A stretch of DNA of 64,000 nucleotides from Eledone cirrhosa. Lineage: Eukaryota. Numbering within the stretch: the stretch's first letter is position 1; each line of letters starts with the position of its first letter. This document shows, in pieces, positions 1 to 12,429 of this stretch. The translations under genes were made by a program, and so were the position numbers. The notes beneath the pieces were generated by a model. That model did not search any database, had not been told where the DNA came from, and saw only the letters and a list, made by a program, of their open reading frames with translations. The stretch spans positions 30,442,001 through 30,506,000 of the forward strand of contig OZ024757.1 of NCBI GenBank assembly GCA_964016885.1. Reading direction: 5' to 3'.

Positions 1-162
<162 letters not shown>

Positions 163-386
163 GAGGAGTTGTATTGCTGAGTTATCTGTGGTTAATCATT
201 TTCTGGTGGTAGTCTCATCATGACGCACATGCTTATTTATGCACAAGAGATGCTAGGAAGTTATATGTAATAGATCATTCACCACCCCGCCAAAAAAACA
301 TCACTTTACCACTACTATATTATTTATCACAGAGAAAAATAAGATTATCTATGCCAAGAGTAATTTACTGAAATTGGAGAAAAAAA

Positions 387-1607
387 ATGGAAACTGAAGT
401 CAATGAGAATAATGTTGAATGTAAAACAGAATTAAGAAGTATTGATTTTCCTAAAGGTAAAAAAAAAAAGTTTGGTAAAACTAATTTAAAAAGTATTGAT
501 TTTCCTAAAGGTAAAAAGAAAAAGTTGGATAAAACTTATGACTGTGATATCTGTGGTAGATCATTCTCTCAAACAAGTAACTTAACTTCTCACATACGTA
601 CTCATACAGGAGAGAAGCCATTTCATTGTGATATCTGTGGTAAATCATTCTCTCTGAAACATCATGTAACTGATCACATACGCACTCATACAGGAGAGAA
701 ACCATACCATTGTGATGTTTGTGGTAAATCATTCTCTGGGAGTAGTGATTTCATTAAACACAAACGTATTCATACAGGAGAGAGGCCATTTCTGTGTGAT
801 ATCTGTGGTAAAGCATTCTATTGGGGAAATGATTTAACTTCTCACAAGCGCTTTCATACAGGAGAGAAGCCATACCACTGTGATATCTGTGGTAAAGCAT
901 TCTATGGTAGTAGTGATCGAACTGCTCACAAACGTACTCATACAGGTGAGAAGCCATTTATGTGTGATATTTGTGGTAAATCATTCTCTTGTAAAAACGG
1001 CGTAACTATTCATAAACGTAGCCATACAGGAGAGAGACCATATCACTGTGATATTTGTGATGTATCGTTCTCTGTTAGTAGTCATTTAGCTAAACACAAA
1101 CGTTGTCATACAGGTGAGAAACCACATCACTGTGATATCTGTGGTAAATCGTTCTCTGAAAATAGTGACTTAACTACTCACAAACGTGTTCATACAGGTG
1201 AGAAACCATATCATTGTGAAATCTGTGGTAAATCCTTCTGTGTAAGAGGTTACCTAACTAAACACAGATATAGCCATAGAAGAGAGAAACCGTATCACTG
1301 TGATATCTGTGGTAAATCCTTCTCTGTAAGTAGTTACCTCACTAAACATAAACATAGTCATACAGGAGAGAAGCCATATCCTTGTGATATCTGTGGTAAA
1401 TCATTCACTTGTAAAAGTACTGTAACTGTTCATAAGCGTAGTCATACAGGAGAGAGACCATATCATTGTGATATCTGTGGTAAATCGTTCACTGTAAGTA
1501 GTCATTTAACTGCTCACAAACGTACTCATACAGGAGAGAAGCTATATCATTGTGATATCTGTGGTAAATCTTTCTCTCATACTAGGCACAAATGTATTCA
1601 TACTTGA
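387..1607 (+). CDS. Tandem C2H2 zinc-finger protein (ZNF-2): 12 complete fingers plus 1 truncated, basic N-terminus, no KRAB
   Basis: 406-aa ATG ORF of 28-aa C-x2-C-x12-H-x3-H repeats with TGEKP-type linkers. Confidence 0.95.
   Translation: METEVNENNVECKTELRSIDFPKGKKKKFGKTNLKSIDFPKGKKKKLDKTYDCDICGRSFSQTSNLTSHIRTHTGEKPFHCDICGKSFSLKHHVTDHIRTHTGEKPYHCDVCGKSFSGSSDFIKHKRIHTGERPFLCDICGKAFYWGNDLTSHKRFHTGEKPYHCDICGKAFYGSSDRTAHKRTHTGEKPFMCDICGKSFSCKNGVTIHKRSHTGERPYHCDICDVSFSVSSHLAKHKRCHTGEKPHHCDICGKSFSENSDLTTHKRVHTGEKPYHCEICGKSFCVRGYLTKHRYSHRREKPYHCDICGKSFSVSSYLTKHKHSHTGEKPYPCDICGKSFTCKSTVTVHKRSHTGERPYHCDICGKSFTVSSHLTAHKRTHTGEKLYHCDICGKSFSHTRHKCIHT
432..539 (+). repeat. In-frame 54-bp tandem duplication (2 copies) in the ZNF-2 N-terminus
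   Basis: [18 protein letters not shown] and [18 protein letters not shown] begin at 432 and 486. Confidence 0.9.
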
Positions 1608-2624
1608 AAGAAGCCACATTCTTGTCATATATAATGGAAGTCATTCTCTTGTGGAGAAAGCCACATACCTGTGATAAATCATTCTCTTACTCAAGTTGCT
1701 ACTCTTGATGCAAGCATGAGATTTCATAAAGCTATATACATTGTAAATCATTCTTTCAATATCTACAAAAAGATTTGATTCTCTGCCATATCCCCAGTGT
1801 TGGTGATTTACATGATGAACGCACCCAGTACACACTGTAAAGTGGCTACTTATAAGAAAGGCATCCAGCTGTAGAAAAACTGCCAAACAAAAGACTGGAA
1901 TGGTAAAGTCCCCCTTCAGTCACTAATGACCATGGGATTTGTACCGAGAAAGATCTCCGAGGTACAAGTCCAGGCAAGAATGTTTGTGGAAGACCAGCAG
2001 TCACCCATGTATACCAGTCTCCCCTCCACACCAATGTTGTCAAGGGAAAGGCATATACTTCAGCTAACGTCCTTAGTGTTGGTGATTTACATGATAAACA
2101 TACCCATTACACTCTGTCAACTGGTTGATGATGAAAGCACCCAACTGTACAAAACCTGTCAATCAAATGGTGGGGAGGACTATTCATCTGTGTCAAAACA
2201 TGACAACTTTCTTAGTATTGGTACCATGATCAAATACAGTTGGTAGAGCAAGGGATTGTTTGTCAGATCCCCGGCCCACATGGAGGTCAGTGGCTCTGCT
2301 TATGTAGTGATCGGCCTTTGATGTCCTGTCTAACTCTTGCTTGCATGAGACACAGATGTTCAATGATGATGGTATTTACATTTTAGGGTTGACTCTAAAG
2401 CTCATGTATTATAAATGATAAAAAGAAAAACATGGTTTTATTTGAATCTTCAATCTTAAAGATCCTTTTCAGAGAATGTATATTCATAAGTCAGCATTTG
2501 AAATCCATTTTTTACAACATCAGATATGAGATGGAGAAGTGGCTGTATCATTTCACCAGCATTTGCAGCTGAAATGAATGAGACAGTAGTAGTACTACAA
2601 ACTATGCAGTGTGGAAATGCTTAA

Positions 2625-2848
2625 ACGGCCTAAGATCTGGTGTTGGACGTGGAAAAGCCACCCTTTAAAATGGAGATTTTAAAGGATGGGGACGTATGTG
2701 ACGAACTACAGACGATGCAGCACCTCCTGATATGCTCCCTGTTGGAATACCCCTGCACAGCATTGGCAGAGCAATGTGTTCAGCTGTGGCAGAACCACAT
2801 GTAGCCAAGGTTTGTAACTGACACTCTTGTGGACACGACAAGAAGAAG
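2625..2848 (+). mobile_element. Vingi/Ingi-like LINE 3' fragment
   Basis: Degenerate LRSGVGRGKA...QTMQHLLIC (CCHC region) ending in GGACACGACAAGAAGAAG, a Vingi-type tail. Confidence 0.55.
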
Positions 2849-3201
2849 CAGTACTACAACTGTCTTTACCTCAGTGGCACAGTACACCTTGGACTTAGGT
2901 TTCATTAAAGTTGTCCATTTGGTACAAAATGATTTGGGCTATAATGACCTATCAAACCCATATCACCACGAAAGAACAGATGTAAAGTGATGATGATATG
3001 TAATTTAACATATAATGTTTACAATCAAATGTGTAACTATAGTCTGCAAAGATGTAGACTTCTCACAAGGTTGTATTATGTAATTTCAGTAACAAATTAG
3101 AAAGTTTATTCATTCAGATAAACATTTGTATTTGCAGTTTACCAATCTAGAAATGTAATAAAATTTCCACTTTTGAAATACAGCTTATACTCTTTCATTA
3201 A

Positions 3202-3429
3202 CTCTTTTGTGAATATTTCTCATGAAGTACACTCTATTTCAATCAATCAATGAAGAATTTTGAAGGATTTCTTAAAATTATTAATTTTCATTACTAAGAT
3301 ATTAAATTAATGTAAGGTTCTTATATAAAATTATATTGGAAGATTTTAATTTAAATTGGAAACCTTTAAAATGGGTGGGTTCGTCTCATAGAACCAGAGC
3401 CAGTTTTCGCCGGGTTGGTAACTAAAGAG
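3202..3429. mobile_element. Old TTAA-flanked MITE (piggyBac-type)
   Basis: TTAA|CTCTTTTGT ... ACTAAAGAG|TTAA imperfect termini. Confidence 0.45.
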
Positions 3430-3596
3430 TTAATAGTAACATTTTTCTTCTTCACTATATACTTTTTACCTTTCCAAGAGGCAAGCTTGATGAAATCAGA
3501 TTTTGATTGTATTAACTTGTGAGCTTCCTCAACATTCAACTTCAGAATTTTTGCATACTTCAACCATGGATCTTGATAATATCTTCTGGTTGGTTT

Positions 3597-3870
3597 GTGG
3601 AGGTGTGTAGCCTAGTGGTAAGGGTGTTGAACTTATGATCATAATATTGTGGGTTTGATTCCTGGGCTGGGTTGTGTGTTGAGTTCTTGAGAAAAACACT
3701 TCATTTCACATTGGTCCAGTATACTCACCTGTAAATGAGTACCAGCAATAGCTGGGTGTTTAATCCTATGATGGACTGGAGTTCTGTCCAGGGAGGGGTC
3801 TTGTACTGTCAGTCGCTTCACACCATGAAACTTGGATAAGTACCAGCCTAACGAACCTTCTGGCTTAAGA
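3597..3870 (+). mobile_element. tRNA-derived SINE with CORE-like domain (family also near 29325, 31917, 37900-, 40200-, 48605-, 53160-, 57860-, 59066)
   Basis: A-box (TAGCCTAGTGG), degenerate B-box, then TCCTTGAGCAAGACACTTTATTTCAC-type central segment shared by all copies. Confidence 0.7.
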
Positions 3871-4639
3871 CACTATAGATTAGATGGTTTGAGAAACAAT
3901 GATTTCTTTGTGTATTTTATTTTCTGTTTGATATACTTGAAGTGTTGTGCTTTGTAAAGGAGTATCTTGACAATAATTTGTATTTGGAAGAAGCTATGTA
4001 GCTGCTAAGAATGTCAGACACCATGAGTTGCAGCCAGAGTTTGAAATTTTTTCCACCATCAATTGTTAAAAAAACAAGTTTAAATCATGTAGTTGTCCAT
4101 TCGTAAAGTACGTTACGCTTTAGTTACATACACACACACATCTACACGTAAATACATAAACATACAGAAGGAAGAGGCAGGTGAAACGCTTTAGTGATGT
4201 GTGTTGCATCCCTTTTGGGTTGACTAACTACAGAGCCTAGTCTTTTGTATTTCTATGTTAGTGTATACAGAATTGCATTCTCCTTCATCACGATTGACGC
4301 TGCTGCAACCCTCTATAATCATGCTTCTCTGAAATTGAATCCAACATACTTGCATTTTTTCGTATTTCAATTTCTTTTGGAAGCCAGGATTGTATTCCAT
4401 ATGTCAAGTCAAGATCTCACACATGCTTCAAATAACTTTCTTCTTGAGTTCATATTAACTACTCTGCAACACCCTCTGATATTCACAAACATTATAGTTG
4501 ATTGAAATATATTAAGCTTTGATCTTAGTCAAAAGGCTGAGTAGTGATTCAGTTGATGTAAATATAACAATAGAAATGTTTGCTGGGAATAAAATACGAA
4601 AACAAATAGAAGTAAAATTTCTGTACATTGTCATAAGAA

Positions 4640-4920
4640 AAAATATGGAAAATGAAATATGAGAACCAAGTTAGGTGTGGGCAATGTGAAGAGATTAATT
4701 TTTCTGAGATTCTAAAGGACGCGCGAAAACAATCAGAGGACTGATATTTGTGGTAAAGAGTGAAGCTGTATCACTGATATCTGTGGTAAATCATTTCGCC
4801 AAAAAAAGGTAACTAACTACTGAAACATTCATTCAGGAAAGAAACTATCATTGATATTGGTGGTAAATCTTTCTCTCATAAAATTAACTTAACTACACAG
4901 ATATGTATTCATACAGAAAT
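4640..4920 (+). pseudogene. Decayed C2H2 ZNF exon (about 3 frameshifted fingers)
   Basis: GATATCTGTGGTAAATCATTT, ATTCATTCAGGAAAGAAACTATCATTG and GGTAAATCTTTCTCTCATAAAATTAACTTAACTACACA remnants. Upstream 4010-4260 matches intron sequence of ZNF-3/4 (9370-9620, 15610-15860). Confidence 0.75.
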
Positions 4921-4929
4921 GTAATTGTA

Positions 4930-5113
4930 TTAGCATTTAAACCGGCTGTATCTGGCCAGAATTCTCTCACCTTTCTATTCAAACTTGCTATAAGTGGCTG
5001 CTCATACTTATGTTAAGGTATTGTTCTCAAAATCTTATAGATTCAATATTATGTAAGACAAAGAGTTCACCGTGAAAATAGAATAGTAAATATAGAGTAA
5101 TGCTAAAGCGTTA
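4930..5113. mobile_element. Degenerate copy of the CCCTTTAGCATTTA piggyBac-type MITE
   Basis: TTAGCATTTAAACCGGC ... TAATGCTAAAGCG|TTAA; internal similarity to 13632-13800 and 52035-52227. Confidence 0.7.
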
Positions 5114-5599
5114 AAATCATATTGTGAAAAGAATATATATATATTTCTCTATATTGGCATTTTTGTTATTGGTTCATCTGTCATGTCAAAAGGTTCCAAA
5201 TGAGTTCTTGTGTTATGATAAAAAGCACCCAGGCCGCACTATCGATGGTAGTTTATTGTACGATAATGATGGTTTTATCTAGTGACCATGTGATGTAATC
5301 AGTGTGTTGTAGCTAAGTGAAGGTTGTCAAAGGAGAAAAAAACATTTCATAATCACTGATACTATTAAAATGTGATACATATCTATCACTATATTTTTTT
5401 TTTATTATGTAGGGTATGTAAATTATTGACCCATCTTGCCTCTAATGAGAAAATCTGTCTAACCCATGCTAACGTGGAAAATGGACATTAAACAACGATG
5501 TTGATATAATAGGAACACAGACATAATATATAGTTAAAAAACCTGAGACTCGTCCTCTCAAAGAAGCCTGCGCAGTGCACTGTACATGTGAGTGGAATT

Positions 5600-5945
5600 C
5601 CACTGATACAGGTGGATAGAGAGTTCATACCTCGAGAGTGTCGTTTCAAGTAGAGCTGCTACTTCTCTGAATTGAGAGATCACGGCTCTGATACTATGGG
5701 CATGTATTTAGAATGTCTCAGGAACGATTTGCTCGACTGATTTTACAGGCACAACCAACCGGTAAGAGGCCCAGGGGTAGACCTGAACAAGATGGTTGGA
5801 TAACATCCATGAGCTTAACTGGTCTCGCTTGGAGATCCATCTGGATCAGTTGCTTCTGATTTGATCTGCTGAAAGAAGTACTTGAGGATTCTGCCTCCAC
5901 GACCCTGCCAGTAATAAATTGGCAAAGAAAAAAGACGGACACAAA
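5600..5945 (+). mobile_element. RTE-group LINE 3' end (family also at about 13950, 19985, 28600, 29690, 31100, 32285, 33710, 42115)
   Basis: Translates as ...LLL*IERSRL*YYGHVFRMSQERFARLILQAQPTGKRPRGRP...WLDNIHEL, a typical RTE ORF C-terminus. Confidence 0.75.
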
Positions 5946-6375
5946 CACAACCAATGGAGAAATATATATATATATTTCTTTCAGTCTTGTACTCATTTTA
6001 TCAATGTTTATTTATCCAACTGCAAACTTACTGAAATAACAAAATACAGCATCAGTCATCCATCACCTATTACCACTGCGGAAGAACTATTTAGTTATCA
6101 ATAAACACTTAACTACCTGCTTCGTGGAGAACGGAAGAATCTAGCAGGAAGGCATTTAATCTAACACAAACTATCAATATTAGATGTCTATCTAAATGTT
6201 GATATGGAAGTTTTGTATTATTTACATTATTTTTACGGGGTCCATAAAATAAAGTACCAGTAATGCTCTGGGATAATTGCTGGTCTTGTGCCAAAAGTAG
6301 AAACAATTATTTTACATGGGAAATCTGAAGAGACTAAGAAATTAGAAAAATGTACGCAAAAGAAAGAAAAAAATG

Positions 6376-6690
6376 TAGAGTTATCTTCCCCTACATATAT
6401 AATATACACGCATGTGCAGTCGTTATATTGTTACTTCCGTCTTGTTAGTAAATTTTATAGTTTCCTGTTTATTTTTCATCAACTACTAGACACAAAATTA
6501 TCCTTTATAAAACATCTCTTAACTTCCAGACACAACAGTATCTTTTATAAAACATCTCTTAACAACCAGACAACAGTATCTTTCATCGAACACCTCCCAA
6601 CACCAATATCTCGTTTGTAAAGCTAAAACAATATCCTTTATAAAACATTTCTCAACTACCAAAGACGAATGTAAAAATATTTACGTAAGT
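6376..6690 (+). promoter_or_regulatory. Putative promoter and non-coding first exon of ZNF-3
   Basis: AGAGTTATCTTCCCCT, then CGCATGTGC (NRF1-like), then ACTTCCG (ETS-like), ending at donor GTAAGT 6685. The same order recurs at other modules. Confidence 0.6.
6480..6665 (+). repeat. About 40-bp degenerate minisatellite in the putative first exon (paralog 14738-14925)
   Basis: 4-5 copies of AACTTCCAGACACAACAGTATCTTTTATAAAACATCTCTT. Confidence 0.75.
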
Positions 6691-6829
6691 ATCATACAGC
6701 TTCGTCGTCCCATTTTTTTTTCTTATATACTTTCATTATTGCAAATATAAAACATATAGTTATTATCGGAGATTCAGCGTCTGACTTTTTGACAGACATC
6801 AATATTCTATTGTCCAGCACATTGTCTAA

Positions 6830-7055
6830 AATAACGATTTCTGATTTAAGAAGAAGGCCAACAATTTTTTGGGGGAGGAGAAAGTCAATTAAATTAACCT
6901 CAGTGTGTGACTGGTACTTTATTTTATCGACCCCGTTAGGATGAAAGGCAAAGCTCACCTTGGCGGGATGTGAACTTAAAACGTAAATGGCGTTAACAAT
7001 TTTAAGCTGCAAAGCATTTTGTCCGACGCTCTACTTATTACTGCCAATCCACCGC
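6830..7055 (-). mobile_element. tRNA SINE with Nin/Deu-like domain (many copies, e.g. 14475, 15090, 20405, 20580, 30830, 33435, 36215, 41838, 44620, 49780, 52770, 53380, 58100, 61990)
   Basis: GAGTTCAAATCCCGCCGAGGTTAACTTTGCCTTTCATCCTTACGGGGTCGATAAAATAAAGTACCAG core with a GCCTTGTGCCAAAAGTAGAAACAATTAT-type tail. Confidence 0.75.
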
Positions 7056-7218
7056 CCTGAAATAACGAAGGTTAAACATATTGAAACAATAAGACAAATG
7101 AACCAGTTTAATGTAGATAATCCTCTAAAACTAACCATTTATAATTGTAATTGTACTGCTTATATCAATGAACGCTAAATGTTAGAATGGTAAGCGTTTC
7201 TATATTTTGTCTAATATA

Positions 7219-9235
7219 CAGGGTGCGGACGGTATTTGAGGATAGATTTATGGTTTAAAAAAACGCTTATATAATAACAGAAAAAACTGTATTCTTATAA
7301 AAATAACAAACATAAAAGCTGAAGTATCAATTTAATAATTTCATTCAATAAAACCACCATATAGGGCGGGTAAAATTCCCGAGATCCATGGACGAGTTCT
7401 CTCTAGCGGTCTCTGCCCCTCATTATCGCTGCCATGTCCAGTGTCTGTCCTTAGGGCATCAACATACGTTAACCTTGGTCTTCCTCTTCCAGTGTGTCCA
7501 TGTAGGGGCTCCCACAGGAGCACTGAGTGCAATGTCAACTCTGGATGTCGGTGAGCATATCCAGCTAACCTCAGTCTCCTCTGTGTCACTTTTGAGCTGA
7601 CTTTTGGGAGGCTCCCATACAGCTCTGAGTTTTTCATCCTCAGTGTATACTAATTAATGTTCAGAGCCATCCTCAGCATTCTCGTGTAGCACCCATCCAC
7701 CATCTGAGTGAGTTTCTTGGTCAGTGTCCAAGTCTCAGACCCGTACAGCAATGAAGAGGCGGATTTTCAGTTCTTTTTGAAGATCCAACTTCCACACCGA
7801 TCTCAAGCTGTGGCACGCCGCCCAGGCTTTGCTCTTCCTATCCCCTCTGGCTTCTCAACATTCTCTACCAGATATTTTGTTTTAGTCTCATTCATTCTCA
7901 GCCCCACACTCATCAACACAGTCTCAATGTCCTGCATCAAAGTGCCTTCCTGCAGTCATAGTTTTCATTGACTTTAGGAAGGCCTTTGATTCTGTGGACC
8001 GTCACTGCCTGATGAAGTTCTTACAGGCTTATGGAATCCCCAAGAAGATAGTGGACCTGATATCACTTCTCTACACCAACACCAAAGCCCAAGTCATTAC
8101 ACCTGATGGGATGACAGAGTTCTTTAGTGGACTATTGTATGCGCCTTGCACTGGAGAAACACCAGGACTCTGGCTTTACTGTAGCACCAGCTCAGAGCAG
8201 GAGAGTTAAGGCGAAAAAGATATCGGATGCTGAATTTGTCGACGACATAGTTTTGGTGACAAATACGGTGAAAACCACCATAAGCATCGATAACTGCCTC
8301 TATACGGGGTTGAAATCGTAATCAAGCTCGGATTAAGTGGTCCTTGTTCATATCGGACCCGACTCGAATTATGGCAGCCTTCAAAGAATCTTTGGTGCTA
8401 TGTAGGTGTTCATTGACATTTTTCTCAGAGATGCTCCATACATAGTCCAGTGGATTGAGATCTGGAAAATTAGAAGGCCAAATGTTGGGGGTGATGTGAT
8501 CATGCAAATTGTCAGCCACCCATTCTTGTGTCATTTGAGCCTTCTGTGATGGTGCAGAATCTTGTTGAAAGACAAAGCCTTCCATTGCATACACTGTTGA
8601 TCCAAGGCTTAACAGGAAATTTTGTGTGCATTACTCTTGGAACCTCAGAAGGGTCTGCACATAGCCACCTGTCATTTCTTCTGTTAGTTTTATGGTTCTT
8701 GTCAAAGTTTTTCTCATCTGAGAAAAAACAAATCACACCGTCTTCTGGTGAATTTTTAAGTTTGTTTAAAAGTCTTTTGGATCTGATTAAATGCTTTTCT
8801 TTTGTTTTTTCTGACATGAATCGACCTCTCCTCATCACGTAAGATTTGTATCTGATGTCTTCATGCACAACATTTCTGATTGTTTTTTCTGAAACACCAA
8901 CATATTTTGCAATTGACCTCATTGATTGTCATCAATGTTTTGCTTAACTTCCTGAGTAAATTCAGGTGTCCTGATAGAATCAGAGCCTGTGGAATGTTTT
9001 TTACGTTTTGATACAGGTAATACACTTCGATCTTCTTTCTCTAACTCACCGAATCTTGGAGACAAAAGATCTTGCAACTTTCAGAAAACAAGAAATTTCT
9101 AAATCACCATGCTTAGCCTTCAAAGCCACAATCACACATGCCTTTTCATTTCATTAGTAAGCATAGTTATTTTCTGAAATGGAAGTCAAATAAAATGACT
9201 AAAAATACATGTCCTCAAATACCGTTCGCACCCTG
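7219..9235 (-). mobile_element. Tc1/mariner DD37D (maT) transposon, defective
   Basis: TIRs CAGGGTGCGGACGGTATTTGAGGA / TCCTCAAATACCGTTCGCACCCTG with TA on both sides. Transposase motifs FFSDEKNF, FQQDSAP and WPSNFPDLNPLDY, with 37 residues between the 2nd and 3rd D. Confidence 0.92.
7362..8250 (-). mobile_element. RTE-group LINE insertion with inverted 5' segment, nested in the maT transposase
   Basis: 12-bp TSD AAAACCACCATA (7350-7361 and 8251-8262). RT motifs FIDFRKAFDSV...FVDDIVLV on + (7965-8250); downstream RT and C-terminus on - (7955-7362). Confidence 0.88.
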
Positions 9236-9742
9236 TAGAATGCCAGATGGAATGCTTTGGGTTATTTGTTGTGGCTCTCTGTGCTCAGAGTTCAGAACTC
9301 ACCGAGGCCAACTTCACCTTTTATCCTTTCCAGGTCGTTAAAAATAAAGGAAGAGGTTATATAGGCTGTAATAGTGTCAGACACCATGATTTGCGGCCAG
9401 AGTTAAGACAATTTGAAGTCTTTTCTACCATCAATTGTTAAAAAAACAATTTAAAATCGTTTAGTCACCCATTCGTAATGTACGTTACACACACATCTAC
9501 ATGTAAATACATAAACAGGTACAGACAACAGAAGGAAAGAGCTAGTGAAACGCTATAGCAACGTGTGTTGCGTCCCTTTAGGGTCTACCGGCTATATAGC
9601 CTATTCGTATTTATTTCAACTCTGTGCTCAGAGATAAAAACTTCGTCTTTTATCATTTCCAGGTCGTTAAAAAAAACATGCCATTCCAATACTGTGGTTA
9701 TTCTATGTTCAGACCTGGAGACGTCCATCATGAGTTACTGCT

Positions 9743-9772
<30 letters not shown>
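9743..9772. repeat. (CA)n microsatellite
   Basis: Pure CA run; shorter in the paralog at 16022. Confidence 0.9.
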
Positions 9773-9774
<2 letters not shown>

Positions 9775-11205
9775 CATTATACGTCCGCTTTTCCCTGCTT
9801 GCAAGGGTGACACTGTTCCTCATCAGCACAGCAGCTCTGCATTTAGCATGGCCCTTAGTCATCTCCTCTGAGCTTCAAGGATCTGAGGTTAGCTCTCACC
9901 ACCTCCGCCTATGTCTTCTGTGGTCTTCCTTCCACTGGGATCATCTGGCACTTCTTCACCCAGCGGTTATCATCCATGCGCATCACATGGCCATACCAAC
10001 GAGCATGAGTAAAAGCTTACATACATATACCATCAACATCATTTAACGTCCGCTTTTCCTGCCTGCAAGGGTTGAACGGGCCTAGAACGAGCAAAGTTAC
10101 TGACCTCTCAAACAGGCCGAGAGATTTGCATCTCACTTGTGTACAGTCATACGTTCTATTAAGTGCACAGGAGAAGTTCTCTTTTGACACAAACTGAAGG
10201 GTCATATATACATATATATGCACAGGTTCAAGCAACATTTAGTGATCTTTAATATTCACCACTCCTCATTCCATATTGCTCCCATCTCTTAATCACTCCA
10301 TACCAGCTAAGTACCCCATCCTAGGCACACACCTCCAATCCCGACACCTAGTCCACATGTAAACGTGGTTCGAGTTACGAAGGGCATCCAGCTGTAGAAA
10401 CTCAGAACTGGATGCCCTCCCTATTAGCAACCAATTTACAGCAAGGACTGGGTGCATTATGCCACCAGCACTAGTGAAGTTGTCTTACTGGATTTGAGAG
10501 CTCTCTCCACCCTCTATCAGTTTTTATTTGGAGTATCTACTCTCCTAGAGAGGTTGTGTTCACTACTGCATATGGAGTCCACGTCTGCCCCATGCAGATA
10601 TTTTTAATCAGTCACTGCCCTCTTAGATGGGTTACCTTCACTGCAATTTACGGAGTCCATGTCTGCTCCATGCAGTCGTTTGTAATCATAGTCACTGCTC
10701 TCTGATATAGAAATATAGTACAATGTCCACCATTTTCCATACTTTCTAAATAGCTTATGTTTCTCTCTTATTTCAGAGAATAATATTTTACATCAGATGC
10801 CATCATATCATGTTTTAAAGACTAAAGGAAAATGTTATACAGAACATATATAGCCCTGTTTATATGAACCTGTAGTGGAATTACTGTGAAATATTTCTTC
10901 TGGTAACATTAGCAACATCCCTCTCCTTCACTATCTGGATTAATTACAAGGTGATTTTAGATTTTGATTAAACTTGGCAGATTTTCAAAGGATTATGCAA
11001 CATCTTCAGGAATTTACAAGATTCACAGTTAGTTGATGGACATACTGCAGTGAAAATATTTACATTGACACAGGAATATCATCATCATATGTGTGCTTTT
11101 CCCTGCTTTCAATAAAATGAAAAGTATCCATATATTATGGTGAGAAAGGAAAAATAAAGCTGAATTGTGTGAGAAACTTAAAGAAGTTAAATTATTTCTG
11201 AAAAA

Positions 11206-12393
11206 ATGTCTACAGTGGTAGAAGAATCCACATATCATTGTGATATCTGTAAAAAGTCATTCTCACATAAAGGTAACTTAACTACTCACAAACGTATTCA
11301 TACAGGAGAGAAGCCGTATCACTGTGATATCTGTGATAAATCTTTCTCTCAGAGGAATACCTTAACTGAACACAAATGTGTACATACAGGTGAGAAACCA
11401 TATAACTGTGAAATCTGTAGCAAGACATTCTCAAGGACAACAACCTTAAATAAACACAGACGTATTCATACAGGAGAGAAGCCATATCATTGTGATATCT
11501 GTGGCAAATCATTCACTCGAGGGGATAACTTAACTGAACACAGACGTATCCATACTGGAGAGAAGCCCTATCACTGTGATATCTGTGGCAAATCATTCAC
11601 TGGAAGCAGTGACTTAACTAAACACAAGCGTATTCACACAGGAGAAAAACCATATTCCTGTGATATGTGTTGTAGAACATTTGCTGTAAAACATCACTTA
11701 ACTAAACACAGACGCATTCATACAGGGGAAAAGCCATACCATTGTGATGTTTGTGGTAGTTCATTTTCTGAAAAGAGTACTTTAACCAAGCACAAACACA
11801 TTCATACAGGAGAGAGGCCATATCTATGTGATATATGTGGCAATTCATTTTCTCGAAATGATGAGTTAACTATCCACAAACGCATCCATACGGGGGAGAA
11901 ACCATATCATTGTGAAGTCTGCGGTAAATCATACTCTGCAAATACTAACCTTACTAAACACAAACGCATTCATACAGGAGAGACACCATATCACTGTGAT
12001 ATCTGTGATAAATCATTTACTGGAAGTAGTATTTTAACTAAACACAAACGTGTTCATACAGGGGAAAAGCCATATCATTGTGATATCTGTGATAAATCAT
12101 TCTCAGCAAGAAGTAACTTAACTACTCACAAACGTATTCATACAGGAGAGAAACCGTATCAATGTGATATTTGTAGTAAAGCATTCTCTCGAAATGATGA
12201 GTTAACCACACACATACGCATACATACAGGAGAGAAACCCTATCAATGCAATATCTGTGGTAAAGCGTTTTCTATTAGTAGTAACTTGACTAAGCACAAA
12301 TGCATTCATGCAGGAGAGGCTACACATTTTTGTGATATCTGTGGTAAATCATACACACAAAGAAGCCACTTAGCTATACATACAGAACCATAA
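11206..12393 (+). CDS. Tandem C2H2 zinc-finger protein (ZNF-3): 13 complete fingers plus 1 partial
   Basis: 395-aa ATG ORF. Probable splice acceptor TTCTCTCTTATTTCAG ends at 10776. Confidence 0.95.
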   Translation: MSTVVEESTYHCDICKKSFSHKGNLTTHKRIHTGEKPYHCDICDKSFSQRNTLTEHKCVHTGEKPYNCEICSKTFSRTTTLNKHRRIHTGEKPYHCDICGKSFTRGDNLTEHRRIHTGEKPYHCDICGKSFTGSSDLTKHKRIHTGEKPYSCDMCCRTFAVKHHLTKHRRIHTGEKPYHCDVCGSSFSEKSTLTKHKHIHTGERPYLCDICGNSFSRNDELTIHKRIHTGEKPYHCEVCGKSYSANTNLTKHKRIHTGETPYHCDICDKSFTGSSILTKHKRVHTGEKPYHCDICDKSFSARSNLTTHKRIHTGEKPYQCDICSKAFSRNDELTTHIRIHTGEKPYQCNICGKAFSISSNLTKHKCIHAGEATHFCDICGKSYTQRSHLAIHTEP

Positions 12394-12429
12394 CTATAAA
12401 TGTCAATTTTTGGAGTGTGGTAAATTGTC

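Noticed and set aside
505-957. Antisense ORFs (MIYHRYH...LLYEYVC), also 11282-11512
   Set aside because: Shadow frames produced by the periodic ZNF codons.
7341-7637. Standalone 98-aa gene
   Set aside because: Chimera of the LINE C-terminus and the last transposase codons (YGGFIE).
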